Of a stretch of DNA of 64,000 nt, positions 51,311 to 63,915 are shown one piece after another (position 1 is the first letter of the stretch; each line of letters opens with the position of its first letter). Where the stretch lies: the NCBI GenBank assembly GCA_002269645.1, contig NIVC01000096.1, positions 248,001 to 312,000 on the forward strand, in the 5' to 3' direction. The translations under genes were made by a program, and so were the position numbers. The notes below the pieces were generated by a model. It ran no database searches. It saw only the letters and a list, made by a program, of their open reading frames with translations, and was not told the DNA's origin. The DNA comes from Macrostomum lignano. Its lineage: Eukaryota.

Positions 51311-54300
51311 ATGCCCACCGCGTCGAGCTCGGCCAGCAGCAGCCGGCCAGGGACTGCGAAATCCATGCAAGCCCAGCAGCAGCAGAGATCGGCCAGCAGC
51401 AGCCGGCCAGGGACTGCGAAATCCATGCAAGCCAGCAGCAGCAGAAATCGGCCAGAGCTCAACGATTGTCAGCCAAATCGACTCGTCAGTCGTCCGATCC
51501 GCTGGCTTCGTCGGCTTCAGCCGCTGCAAACGACGCAGGCGGAGACGCGGCATCGGCTTCGACTTCAAGAGCCGCTGGTGGCGGCGGCGGCAAATTGCAA
51601 TTCAAACACGAGACTGCGTCGCGGGGCACCGCCCTGTCTGGCAGCGGGTCACAGTTTTCATGTGAGAAAAAAGAGGCCCGTTCATAATGCATATGATGTG
51701 TGTTTTAGTTTTTAGTTGACACTAATGCTGACACTAATGCTGACACTAATTCTGACACTAATGCTGACACTAATGTTGACACTAATGCTGACACTAATTC
51801 TGACACTGATGCTGACACTAATGCTGACACTAATGCTGACACTAATGCTGACACTAATGCTGACACTAATGCTGACACTAACGCTGACACTGAAACCCAC
51901 ATTCGCCCACGGAGCAGTGAGCAGCTCACTCAGCCTGCTCAATCGCAACGGCGCAGTGGCGGAGCAGGAGCGCCAGAAAACCGATCACAACCTTCGCAGT
52001 CTGCTGGTGCAGTCACTTCGCGAGGTCAGTCGTCAGAAGCTGCGCTCCTTCCTGACGGCTCTGCGCACCGCGGCCAGCTCTGAAGGCGAACTGGCCAAAG
52101 CCGAACTCCAACGCCTGGTGACGGAGCAGAAGCTGCCGTTGAACGATCGACTTCAGAGCCTCCTGGCTCGAACCTGCGACGTTGACAACGGCGAGACCGG
52201 CGTCATTGACTACGAGAAGCTGGCCGACTGTCTGGGCAAAGCGCACCGAATGACCCGGCGAGACAGCGTCGAGGCCGCCCAGGAGACCGAGATCACCACC
52301 ACGGAGATGCTGCGAGAGGACGACCGCGACCAAGAGCTGGTGATGCGAGCGGTTGAGCACTTTGTGACGCATCACAACTACTTTGACATCCCGGCGTTGA
52401 AAGCCGACCTGCAGCAGCGTGACACGGACAAGAGGGGTCGCATCGCCAGGGCTGAGGTACGGCGACTAAGGAGAGATGGGGAGAGGGGTGGGCAGAGGGG
52501 TGGGGAGAGGGATGGGGAGAGGGTGGGGAGAGGGATGGGGAGAGGGGTAGGGGTAGGGAGAGGGGTGGGGAGAGTGGTGGGGAGAAGGGTAGGGAGAGAT
52601 TTAAGGAGAGATGTGGAGGAAGGGTGGGAAAAGGGTTAGGGGTAGGGAGAAGGGTGGGGAGAGATCTGGGGAGAGATCTGGGGAGAGGTGTGGGAGAGAG
52701 GTGGGAAGAAGGGTAAGGAAAGGTGTAGCCAGAGTTATAAGACAGGTATTGGACAATCTGCATTTATCCAAATGCCAATCTGCATGCGAAGATTGTGGAA
52801 TCCTGTGCCAAGCACGACTGCCCGGTGTACGGAGCCGTGTTCAACAGTCTGCTGAAACGGTGCGATCCAGAGAGAAACGATTTCATCAGGTGAGCTGCAT
52901 GGCTCAAACAAAACGGTCAGAACTGACTCAAACAAGCCAAATAATCTGACAATTTGCAACCAAACCTCAGCTGGCCCGAGTTCACCAGTTTTCTCGAACG
53001 GGCCCAGGAGACATTCTTCGAGCACGTGCCCGACGCGCCTCGGGTGGCCCCGGAGAAGCAGAACACGCCAACCACTGCTCGAATGGAGATGCAGAGCAAG
53101 TTGAAGAGTTTGGCTTGGAAGGTAGATGCTTGCTTTTATTGTCAGCATTAATTTGGTTTCATTGTACTTTTTGCGTTTACTATTTCTTATAATAAGTAAT
53201 TTCTCTGTACTCTAATAGAGGGTAGAGGGGAGAGAGGGGAGAGGGAATAGAGGGTGGAGGGAGAGAGAGTAGAGGGAGAGAGGGTAGAGGGGAGAGAGGG
53301 GAGAGAGGGTAGAGGGGAGAGGGGAGAGAGGGGAGAGAGGGGAGAGGGGAGAGAGGGTAGAGGGGAGAGAGGGTAGAGGGGAGAGAGGGTAGAGGGGAGC
53401 GAAGGTGAGGGAAGAGAGGGTAGAGGGGAGAGAGGGGAGAGGGAATAGAGGGTAAAGGGGAGAGAGAGTAGAGGGAGAGAGGGTAGAGGGGAGAGAGGGG
53501 AGAGGGGAGAGAGGGTAGAGGGAGAGAGGGTAGAGGGGAGAGAGGGAGAGGGGAGAGAGGGTAGAGGGAGAGAGGGTAGAGGGGAGAGAGGGGAGAGGGG
53601 AGAGAGGGGAGAGGGGAGAGAGAGTAGAGGGAGAGAGGGTAGAGGGAGAGAGGGTAGAGGGAGAGAGGGAGAGGGAGAGAGGGGAGAGGGGAGAGGGAGA
53701 GAGGGGAGAGGGAGAGAGGGGAGAGGGGAGAGAGGGTAGAGGGAGAGAGGGTAGAGGGGAGAGAGGGTAGAGGGGAGAGAGGGGAGAGGGGAGAGAGGGT
53801 AGAGGGAGAGAGGGTAGAGGGGAGAGAGGGGAGAGAAGAGAGGGGAGAGGGGAGAGAGAGTAGAGGGAGAGAGGGTAGAGGGGAGAGAGGGTAGAGGGGA
53901 GCGAAGGTGAGGGAAGAGAGGGTAGAGGGGAGAGAGGGAGAGGGAATAGAGGGGAGAGGAGAGAGAGGGGAGAGGGGAGAGAGGGTAGAAGTAAGAGAGG
54001 GTAGAGGGGAGCGAAGGTGAGGGAAGAGAGGGTAGAAGTAAGAGAGGGTAGAGGGAGCGAAGGTGAGGGAAGAGAGGGTAGAGGGGAGAGGGGAAGGGTG
54101 AAGAGAGGCAAGAGGGGAAAGAGGGGAATGGCAGAAGAGAGAGGTTGAGGGGAGAGGCAGACGGCGTAGGGTGAAATAGTATTGGACTGAGTGGTACCAC
54201 ATTTGTCCCAAAGCATATCACATTGCAGCTCCGTGAAGGAACGATTTCCACTGAATGGAAGCATAAAGAAACCAAAAGTTTGTCTTTTAAAAACTTCTTC

Positions 54301-57300
54301 TCTTTATTATTTTTGCATCGACAGGCAATTTCTCGGAAACTCGCCAATGGATTCTTATAAAATTTAGATTAAATTTCTAGTAAAACTTGCCAATGGATTC
54401 TTATAAAATTTAGGCTAAATTTCTAGGAAACGCGCGAATGGATTCTTATAAAATTTAGGTTAAACTTCTAGGAAACGCGCCAATGGATTCTTATAAAATT
54501 TAGGCTAAATTTCTAGGAAACTCGCCAATGCATTCTTATAAAATTTAGGTTAAATTTCTAGGAAACTCGCCCATGGATTCTTATAAAATTTAGGCTAAAT
54601 TTCTAGGAAACTCGCCAATGGATTCTTATAAAATTTAGGCTAAATTTCTAGGAAACGCGCCAATGGATTCTTATAAAATTTAGGCTAAGTTTCTAGGAAA
54701 CGCGCCAATGGATTCTTATAAAATTTAGGCTAAATTTCTAGGAAACTCGCCAATGGATTCTTATAAAATTTAGGTTAAATTTCTAGGAAACGCGCCAATG
54801 GATTCTTATAAAATTTAGGCTAAATTTCTAGGAAACGCGCCAATGGATTCTTATAAAATTTAGGTTAAATTTCTAGGAAACGCGCCAATGGATTCTTATA
54901 AAATTTAGGCTAAATTTCTAGGAAACGCGCCAATGGATTCTTATAAAATTTAGGCTAAATTTCTAGGAAACTCGCCAATGCATTCTTATAAAATTTAGGT
55001 TAAATTTCTAGGAAACTCGCCCATGGATTCTTATAAAATTTAGGCTAAATTTCTAGGAAACTCGCCAATGGATTCTTATAAAATTTAGGCTAAAATATGA
55101 AACTCTCCGATCCATTTTGCCTGACTAAAATAGCCAAAGAGTCTATTGAACTAAGGATATAAGTCAATGCACGAATACTGCAATATTCAGGCGCGAAATA
55201 TGGACCCGGTTAAAGAGGCTGGCAATGAGACATCTGCTGCTTCAGGCAACTCCAGTTTGCTCAGCAAGTTGAAGAAGTCGCAGTCGCAGCAGCCGCAGGT
55301 GGCACCGCTGAATGAATTACTGAAAATGATTAAATAGATGCAAGCAAATCACCGCCGCCGATCTCCCTCTAGAGTTTGCTGCCAAAGGAGCTGAAATCTG
55401 GCTTAGATTGCTCAGACTGTCTGCGTTTATCCTAAGTTTTTAAATGCCTCTGGTATTATTTGAACGGGCAGCATGATCCTCAGTTGCGGGGCCAGCCTCC
55501 CAGATCCTCAGTTGCGGGGCCAGCCTCCCAGATCCTCAGTTGCGGGGCCAGCCTCCCAGATCCTCAGTTGCTGGGCCAGCCTCCCAGATCCTCAGTTGCG
55601 GGGCCAGCCTCCCAGATCCTCAGTTGCGGGGCCAGCCTCCCAGATCCTCAGTTGCGGGGCCAGCCTCCCAGATCCTCAGTTGCTGGGCCAGCCTCCCAGA
55701 TCCTCAGTTGCGGGGCCAGCCTCCCAGATCCTCAGTTGCGGGGCCAGCCTCCCAGATCCTCAGTTGCGGGGCCAGCCTCCCAGATCCTCAGTTGCGGGGC
55801 CAGCCTCCCAGATCCTCAGTTGCTGGGCCAGCCTCCCAGATCCTCAGTTGCGGGGCCAGCCTCCCAGATCCTCAGTTGCGGGGCCAGCCTCCCAGATCCT
55901 CAGTTGCTGGGCCAGCCTCTCAGATCTTCAGTTGCGGGGCCAGCCTCCCAGCTCCTCAGTTGCTGGGCCAGCCTCCCAGAGTGTCAGTTGCGGGGCCAGC
56001 CTCCCAGAGTGTCAGTTGCGGGCCAGCCTCCCAGATCCTCAGTTGCGGGGCCAGCCTCCCAGATCCTCAGTTGCGGGGCCAGCCTCCCAGATCCTCAGTT
56101 GCGGGGCCAGCCTCCCAGATCCTCAGTTGCTGGGCCAGCCTCCCAGATCCTCAGTTGCGGGGCCAGCCTCCCAGATCCTCAGTTGCTGGGCCAGCCTCCC
56201 AGATCCTCAGTTGCTGGGCCAGCCTCCCAGATCCTCAGTTGCGGGGCCAGCCTCCCAGCTCCTCAGTTGCTGGGCCAGCCTCCCAGATCCTCAGTTCCTG
56301 GGCCAGCCTCCCAGATCCTCAGTTGCTGGGCCAGCCTCTCAGAGTGTCAGTTGCTGGGCCAGCCTCCCAGATCCTCAGTTGCTGGGCCAGCCTCCCAGAT
56401 CCTCAGTTGCGGGGCCAGCCTCCCAGATCCTCAGTTTCTGGGCCAGCCTCCCAGATCCTCAGTTGCGGGGCCAGCCTCCCAGATCCTCAGTTGCTGGGCC
56501 AGCCTCCCAGATCCTCAGTTGCTGGGCCAGCCTCCCAGCTCCTCAGTTGCTGGGCCAGCCTCCCAGAGTGTCAGTTGCGGGGCCAGCCTCCCAGATCCTC
56601 AGCTGCTGGGCCAGCCTCCCAGATCCTCAGTTGCTGGGCCAGCCTCCCAGCTCCTCAGTTGCTGGGCCAGCCTCCCAGATCCTGAGTTGCTGAGCCAGCC
56701 TCCCAGCTCCTCAGTTGCTGGGCCAGCCTCCCATATCCTCAGTTGCTGGGCCAGCCTCCCAGATCCTCAGTTGCGGGGCCAGCCTCCCAGATCCTCAGTT
56801 GCGGGGCCAGCCTCCCAGATCCTCAGTCGCTGGGCCAGCCTCCCAGATCCTCAGTTGCTGGGCCAGCCTCCCAGAGTGTCAGTTGCTGGGCCAGCCTCCC
56901 AGATCCTGAGTTGCTGAGCCAGCCTCCCAGATCCTCAGTCGCTGGGCCAGCCTCCCAGATCCTCAGTTGCTGGGCCAGCCTCCCAGATCCTCATTTGCTG
57001 AGCTGCCACATTTCCATAACAATACCTATAGCTCATACGTTTATTACCGTTCTGGACCTGGTGCAATGCGCTCGTACAGGTATTTACAGCACAACCACCT
57101 ATTCAGTTTTATAATTTGCTTCAGTTGGTCCGGATAATATAAGTTTTTTGGTTATTGTTATTAAAGCTTAATTTGCTAGATGTAACCCTGTGTACTTCAG
57201 GTACAGTTATACCTTCTTATAAGTTATTTTTTGCAAGCGAATGAACTTTTTATAGCTCGTATGTAATCTAATTTTATTTGATTTTATTTTTGATATACTG

Positions 57301-60300
57301 AGCTCAATTTCCTAGAAAAATTTATTTACAAATATGCTGTTTATTTCGATAAAAAACTGTAACAACTTCTATTTTATTGCTTTTCAAAGCGACGAGAGGA
57401 CGCTTTGAAGGCGGCCGCCGCGCAGCAGGCTGCTAACAGCCTTCTGTCCTCGTCGGGTGACGTCATTCGTGTGACGTCACCGCTGACGACGACGCAACAG
57501 CAGCTCCAGATGGACGAGGGAGGCGGAGGCGGTGGAGAAAGTGGCGTCTCGGATGCCAGTAAAAATGGAAAAGCCGCTCTACTCAGAGGCATAAAGAGTA
57601 AGTTTGTGCATTTTATTGCTCACGAAAATGGTGTTGTCTGATAAAAGAAACTTTTATATTTTACTAACACTTATAAGTGCCGTCATTTCCCCATGCCCTC
57701 GAGGCCACAGATAACACAAGTTAGAGAGCCGCCTCCATCCCAGAGCCCTCTCAATTCAAGACCCACTACGAAGCGCCCGCCACCCCACAACACTCTCAAC
57801 CCTACTGCGCCCACCACCCCACAACACTCTCAACCCTACTGCGCCCACCACCCCACAACACTCTCAACCCTACTGCGCCCACCACCCCACAACACTCTCA
57901 ACCCTACTGCGCCCGCCACCCCACAACACTCTCAACCGCACTGCGCCCACTACCCCACAACACTCTCAACCGCACTGCGCCCATTACCCCACAACACTCT
58001 CAACCCCACTGCGCCCACTACCCCACAACACTCTCAACCCCACTGCGCCCACCACCCCACAACACTCTCAACCGCACTGCGCCCGCCACCCCACAACACT
58101 CTCAACCGCACTGCGCCCGCCACCCCACAACACTCTCAACCCCACTGCACCCGCCACTCCACAACACTCTACCACACAGCGCCCAACACCCCACGACACT
58201 CAACCACATTGGCGTGCTCCACTCCACGCCACTTCGACCCTTAAGCTCCAATCACCCCACGACACTCAGCCCCACTGCGCCAGGCAGCCCACGACACTTA
58301 CATTCATACATGTACTTTACGTCTTTTATAAAGATTTTTTATTTGCTCTAATCCTATTAAAAAGGCTATATTGTGTTCTTGATATTTACAACAAAAGCTA
58401 GTTTATTCAAGATCCAATTAATTTACATAATATTTAGAAATGAAAGCACTGGAGTTATTCTTTCGACTCGGTAAGTTCAACACGCTTGTATCGTCACATT
58501 AAAGCCTATTTTCTACTTGAAAAATTATGTCAACTTTGTCAAGTATTCCTTTGAGAAATAGAAAGATTCTCTGGCTGGGCCACCGCCCCCTCGGATCCAG
58601 GCACTCACTGCCGCTCATCCCAATCCTCAGGCTTTCCTACCGACATCCAGGCTTTACTTTTGACCTCCCCAGCTCACCAGCCGATCCTCTCAGACATCCA
58701 CAGCGCATCCCAGAAAGCGCTGAGCGCAACCGAAGTTTTCAGTTTCGAATTTTAATTCGACTTCCTCCGAATCATCAGGTGCCGGCTCAGGCGGCGGCGG
58801 CGGCGGCAAATCCGGCAGTCCAACCGCCGCCTCGTCGCCCGCCCCGTCTCCGGCGCACCGAAACCGGCCGACGTCAGCCGCCTCTGCCAGTTCGTCGGCG
58901 ACGCGGCCGAACTCCGCCAGCCCCAACCGCCTGCTCGGCGCGCCCACTCCGCCGACTCCTAAGCTTAAAGCAACGGCGACGCCGCGGTCCCCGCCGCGAC
59001 AGACGCCGCCTGCTGCCAACAAGTCGGCAAACGACGTCGAGGAGGTGGAACAGATTGGCCCGCTGCCAGCTGGCGCGATGACCGCTCGAGTCCGCGGCAG
59101 CGTCCGGGTGGCCGTCTGCCCGTCGGGATTCGAGCCCGGGTCCGCGTCGAACGACCTGCCGCATCAGCGACTGCAACTGGACTGGGTGTAGGTTCTGTTT
59201 GCGGAGCTTTTTGGGATTTCAGGCTTGGAATTTCGGATTTGGGATCTGAGATATGGAATTGGGGATGTGGGATTTGGGATTTGGGTGTTGGTTTTGGGAT
59301 TTAGGATTCAGGATGTGAAACCTAAAATTTAGGATCTAGAATTTAGAGTCTTGGGAATTGTATTTGGGACTTAATATCCGTGATCTGAGGTCATAGATTT
59401 GGAAGTTGGGATCTACGATCTGGGATCTGAAATCTGGGATCTGTGATGTGGGATCAGGATTTGGGATCTGGGAGTTGGGATCTGGGATCTGAAATGTGGG
59501 ATAGGTACTCGGGTGGCGCACAAGTCTTGCCGTTTAAGCTATAGCTCTGCTAATAATAGCTATTATTCCATATTTTTCACTCAAATCAAAAATGGTCATA
59601 AACAAAACAGCTGCTAAAAAACTGGCTTGCTACGAGAAAAACTCACTCAAAGTCAGACTTAAAACCATTGAGTGTCTATAGGGCATGCAACGAGCCTAAG
59701 GAAAAGCGCAGTCGAAGCTGGAGCCTGACAGGACGATGCTCGGCCGCATGTTGCACGACTCTTTCAGGGATTCCTCTGTCACCGTAATTTGGAAGAGCCC
59801 CTACAGTCCCGATCTGAACCTGCGTGACCGATTTCTGTTCCTCTGGCTGAAGAACGCACACCGCGGCATGACCTTCAACAGCTGTCAAGAGGTTGAAGAG
59901 GCCTCGTTGCAGGTGTTGCGGAGCATCTCCGAAAGTGCCCGTCCGAGACCAGGTGGATCTGCTCATGGACCACTGCCAGCGCGTGATTGCAGACAATGGA
60001 CACTGCGCTACTGATTAGAGTTAAAATATTTCATGTTTTTACCGGTTTGCTTGTCTAGAGGTACTGACGACAAGACTTTTGTTCCACCTGTAGTATTTGG
60101 GATCTGGGATCTGGAATGTGAGATCGGGGATTTAAGATCTGGGAGTAGGGATCTGAAATCTGGGATTTCGGATCGGGATTTGGAATCTGGGATCTCAGAT
60201 CAATGGGATGCCGGATCGGGATTTGGGATTGGGATTTGTGCTCTGAAATCCCAGTTTTGAAATCAGAAAATTCAGCCTGTTTTCATTATAAATTTTGCTC

Positions 60301-63300
60301 CCCAAACATGGTGCCCCAATGTCCCGTCACATGTTCCTTCACAGATACGGTTACCGTGGCAACGACTGTCGCAGCAACATCCACGCGCTGCGCACGCAGG
60401 AGATTGTGTACTTTAGCGGCCACCTGGTGGTTATCCTCAACCTGGAGGAGAATCAGCAGCGGCACTACCGAGAGCACACAGCGGATGTGCAGTGGTGAGA
60501 CTTCTGTATCCTTTTTGTTCACTCCTATGACTGTATTCAATAATTCTCAAATCGCAATTCATAATTCTCGAATCATAATTCAAAATTTTCAAATCCCAAT
60601 TCATAATTCTCGAATCCCAATTCATAGTTTTTGAATCCCAATTCATAATTCTTGAATCCCAATTCATGATGTGTTCCTTATTACCAATCCTCAACTGTAA
60701 TCAAGGAACAATCACTTCTAGCTCTGTAGCTAGGCAACCCAGTAAGTCAACTGCAGGTACTCAATTACCTTAAATCCGGTTGAGCTGTTCTCTTCCTCAA
60801 GTAGTTCTCGCAATAGGTCTCTCAGTGGATCCGTAGATCTCGTTTATCTTCCGGAAGACTCTGTTGCTCTGGTCCGATTTCTTCTTTGTTTCTCGCCGGC
60901 CGGTATCTGTCGTTCGGACCAATGGGAAGCTTCGAATTAGAATGGGTACCCTGCGCCAACTGCGGTTCAATATAGGCCTCCTTCTTCTAGCAGTGCCTCT
61001 ATGCACTCTAGGTATAGCTCCGGTATTCTCTAGCAGATCTTCTAAGATCTACTAGGGTAGTCCTTCGGGCGACTACAGCCAATGGAGTCTCGAATGGACT
61101 CAAATGTCTCAACAGACTCAACACTATATCACAAGTGAGTCGACTCAACAACAACGGGCGCAAATAAGGAAGGCTTACCGCAAGTCACTCGACCGAGTCT
61201 CGAGTTGATCTAGGAAGTCTTGACTAAAGCTTCCTCTTCGGAGCTCCTTCTCCTTCCGGAGACCGGTTTCTTGGCTCCGGGTCCGTTCCGGACCACTTGT
61301 ATTTATAGGCAAATGAACCTCTCTCGACTTCGTCCATCACTTTTTCGTAAATGTCAAAGGGTCACGATTCGGTGGCTGTCAAGCATGACAGGGTAGAAAG
61401 TTGCGCAACTAGTCTACTGTAAAAGCGCATGATTGGTTACCATAGCTGGTAGACTTTGATTAGTTCATCCGGGTGCAAACCGGGTGCAAGCCAAATGATG
61501 AATCGCAGGTGGGGTTTGAACTGACAAACGTAGGTCGCACGTGACCAATGATGAATCGCAGATGGAGTTTAACTTGACAATTATAGGTCACGCGTGATTG
61601 GTTGGTTGCCAAAAATAGCATGACCGACTTTTCTCTCTTTTGATTGGTTGATTAAAATACATGTATGGTTCAGCGCATATCTTTATACATGCTACTTAGT
61701 ATACTACTGAATAAAATATGTGAGTAGTACATTAACACTTTTATGTCTTTTTTACAGGAAGTGTAACACTCTACACTCATAATTCTCAAATCCAATTTCC
61801 TTATCAACAACCCCGTCTCGAATTCGCAGTCTCTCAGTTCACTCAGACGGGCTAACAGTGGCCAGCGGTCAAGGCCAAGGTCATCGAAAGCCCACCGAGC
61901 GGCCGTGTATTCGAGTATGGCGCTCGGACACCTTGGAGACGCTTAGCGTCCTTGGCGACGGACAATTTCACGGTTCAGTTGTTGGTTTGGCCTTTTGCAA
62001 GCCTTCGGTGAGTTGAGGGATTCAGCTTTGTTCTTTGCAAGTATTTTTTCTGCGCAATATGTCCCCGTGTTCTACTGTTAGTAGAAATATAAGAAAAATA
62101 TTCTTGTTGAAGCGAAAAATATGTATAAATTTGGTCAAATTCTCGTATTCGGAATTTCCGCCCCCCTTCAAATGGAATCTGCGCCCCTTCACCGGAATCT
62201 CCTCCACCTTCACTGGAATCTCCGCCTCCTTCAACTGGAATCTCCTCCACCTTCACTGGAATCTCCGCCTCCTTCAACTGGAATCTCCTCCACCTTCACT
62301 GGAATCTCCGCCTCCTTCAACTGGAATCTCCTCCACCTTCACTGGAATCTCCGCCTCCTTCAACTGGAATCTCCTCCACCTTCACTGGAATCTCCGCCCC
62401 CTTCAACTGGAATCTCCGCCCCTTCAACTGGAATCTCCGCCCCTTCACGTGAATCTCTGCACACAATCGAATCCCGCCAATTGTTGTGAACTCAGTTTCA
62501 GCTTCCCCTGGAAAGCGACATCAGCATGGACGATCTGAAGGTAAAATTGTTCAAGCTTTTGATTCTTTTGATTGTTGAATTTCATTGATTTCTGGTGTTT
62601 TGTAGCTGGACCTGTAGTTCACAAACTGACTTATTAATTCACTTAATTATAGGTAAATCGGTAGATTAACCGCTCAGTGATTTACGGTTGTCAGCTGAGC
62701 TAATAATAGTTAGACCAAGCCTAGCCCCCACCCAGAAGCCTATCGTATTGCAACATTTCTTTGCCCACCTTGAAAGCTTTTCATGTCATACTCTATACTT
62801 TCTACTTATCAGTAGGCAAACTCTAATAATAAATAAAGTAACAATTTTATGCTGGAATTTTCATTCGATTTTTTTCGTAAAATTTTCCTAAAACTTTGCT
62901 TAGGAATTGCAGTGCGTCCTGCTAGTACTCGTATGTCTTTGTCTGGTTAGTTGTACATAGAGAGATATAGACAAAATCAATAAAAATAGACATTATACAA
63001 AGCTTACTAAGTATTAATCACTGTTGCCAATTCTCCAACCGAAGGACCGCCTGCTAAGCATCTCAGACCCGCCTGAGCATATGATTGCTCTTTGGGACTC
63101 AAAGCGTCATTCGTTAATCGCCTCAAGCCCTCTCGGCACGGACATCATGTGCGACTGCGACGTGAATCCTCAGGATCCAAATCTGTTTGTCACCGTTGGC
63201 AAAGATCACACAGTCTGGTGGGAATATAGCGAAGCTCTGGGCGCCATCAACATCAAAGCTGCCGGCGAGTATCAAACATTCTTCAAGGCTCGCTACGTTG

Positions 63301-63416
63301 TCAGCTTGTTGCACAATAGACAGGGCGACCTGGTCACTGGGGACTCCAATGGCAACGTCTACGTGTGGGGCGGCGGCGGCAACCTTATCACTAATTATAT
63401 CAAACATGCCCACGAG
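51311..63416 (+). CDS. EML: EF-hand + echinoderm microtubule-associated protein-like (HELP + WD40) gene, 3'-incomplete; exons 51311-51661, 51918-52456, 52792-52889, 52971-53121, 55191-55298, 57390-57597, 58743-59186, 60345-60494, 61830-62007, 62502-62540, 63045-63416; 1-bp frameshifts near 51432 and 59140
   Basis: EF-like loops DVDNGETGVIDYEKL, DTDKRGRIARAE, DPERNDFISWPEF; HELP motif LPHQRLQLDWV|YGYRGNDCRSN...IVYF; WD repeats (DVQCLSVHSD...ASGQ, IRVW, LVTGDSNGNVYVW, HAHE); GT-AG phases compatible; splice sites of the first and linker exons are less certain. Confidence 0.85.
51715..51890. repeat. 12-bp intronic repeat (ACTAATGCTGAC)
   Basis: Direct reading. Confidence 0.93.
52470..52720. repeat. 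GA-rich polypurine repeat (GGGAGAG-like)
   Basis: Direct reading. Confidence 0.85.
53215..54130. repeat. Polypurine (AGAGGGG/AGAGGGT)n tract, ~0.9 kb
   Basis: Direct reading. Confidence 0.93.
54345..55095. repeat. 45-bp minisatellite (GAAACTCGCCAATGGATTCTTATAAAATTTAGGCTAAATTTCTAG), ~17 copies
   Basis: Period 45. Confidence 0.95.
55470..57000. repeat. 28-bp minisatellite (CCTCAGTTGCGGGGCCAGCCTCCCAGAT), ~54 copies
   Basis: Period 28 (55501, 55529...). Confidence 0.97.
57775..58280. repeat. 34-bp minisatellite (CCCCACAACACTCTCAACCCTACTGCGCCCACCA)
   Basis: Direct reading. Confidence 0.9.
59508..60093 (+). mobile_element. Internally deleted Tc1/mariner element with a transposase C-terminal remnant
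   Basis: SPYSPDLNLRDRFLFLWLK (mariner YSPDL motif), frameshifted tail ...RVIADNG; imperfect TIRs GGTGG..CACAAGTCTTG; TA flanks; interrupts a GGGATCT repeat tract (59200-59500, 60095-60260). Confidence 0.8.
60696..61768 (-). mobile_element. Probable solo LTR (~1.07 kb)
   Basis: TGT...ACA ends; CTCAAC/CTCTAC flanks (5 of 6 match); minus-strand TATA (GTATTTATAG on plus, ~61279) with upstream CCAAT boxes; splits a CATAATTCTC-repeat tract. Confidence 0.5.
62160..62450. repeat. 43-bp (21+22 dimer) minisatellite (CTGGAATCTCC...CCTTCA)
   Basis: Period 43 (62221, 62264). Confidence 0.9.
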
Positions 63417-63464
63417 GTTTGTCTGGCTGCTGGAGAGCGCGATTCCAATTCGACACATTTTCTC

Positions 63465-63915
63465 CCGCCACCACCCCAATCCGACACCCCTTCCACCGCC
63501 ACCACCCTAATCTGACACCCCTTCCCCCGACACCACCCTAATCACACACACCTTCCCCGGACACCACCCTAATCTGACACCCCTTCACCCGCCACCCCAA
63601 TCTGACACCCCTTCCCCGCCACTACAATCCGACACTCCTTCCACCACCACCACCCCAATCCGACACCCCTTCCACTGTCACCACCCCAATCCAACACCCC
63701 TTCCCCCGCCACTACAATCCGACACTCCTTCCACCACCACCACCCCAATCCGACACCCCTTCCACTGTCACCACCCCAATCCAACACCCCTTCCCCCGCC
63801 ACTACAATCCGACACTCCTTCCACCACCACCACCCCAATCCGACACCCCTTCCACTGTCACCACCCCAATCCAACACCCCTTCCCCCGCCACCCCAATCC
63901 GACACCCCTTCCCCC
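63465..63915. repeat. C-rich ~30-bp repeat with a 90-bp higher-order unit
   Basis: CCACTACAATCC at 63619, 63709, 63799. Confidence 0.88.

Noticed and set aside
53180-57114. ORFs of 340-485 aa (PLSPL and GQPPRSS repeats)
   Set aside because: They lie wholly within the polypurine tract and the 28-bp array, inside EML introns, and are open in several frames
58673-58754. Apparent extra frameshift in the EML linker if the 58673 acceptor is used
   Set aside because: The alternative acceptor at 58743 restores the frame without an indel
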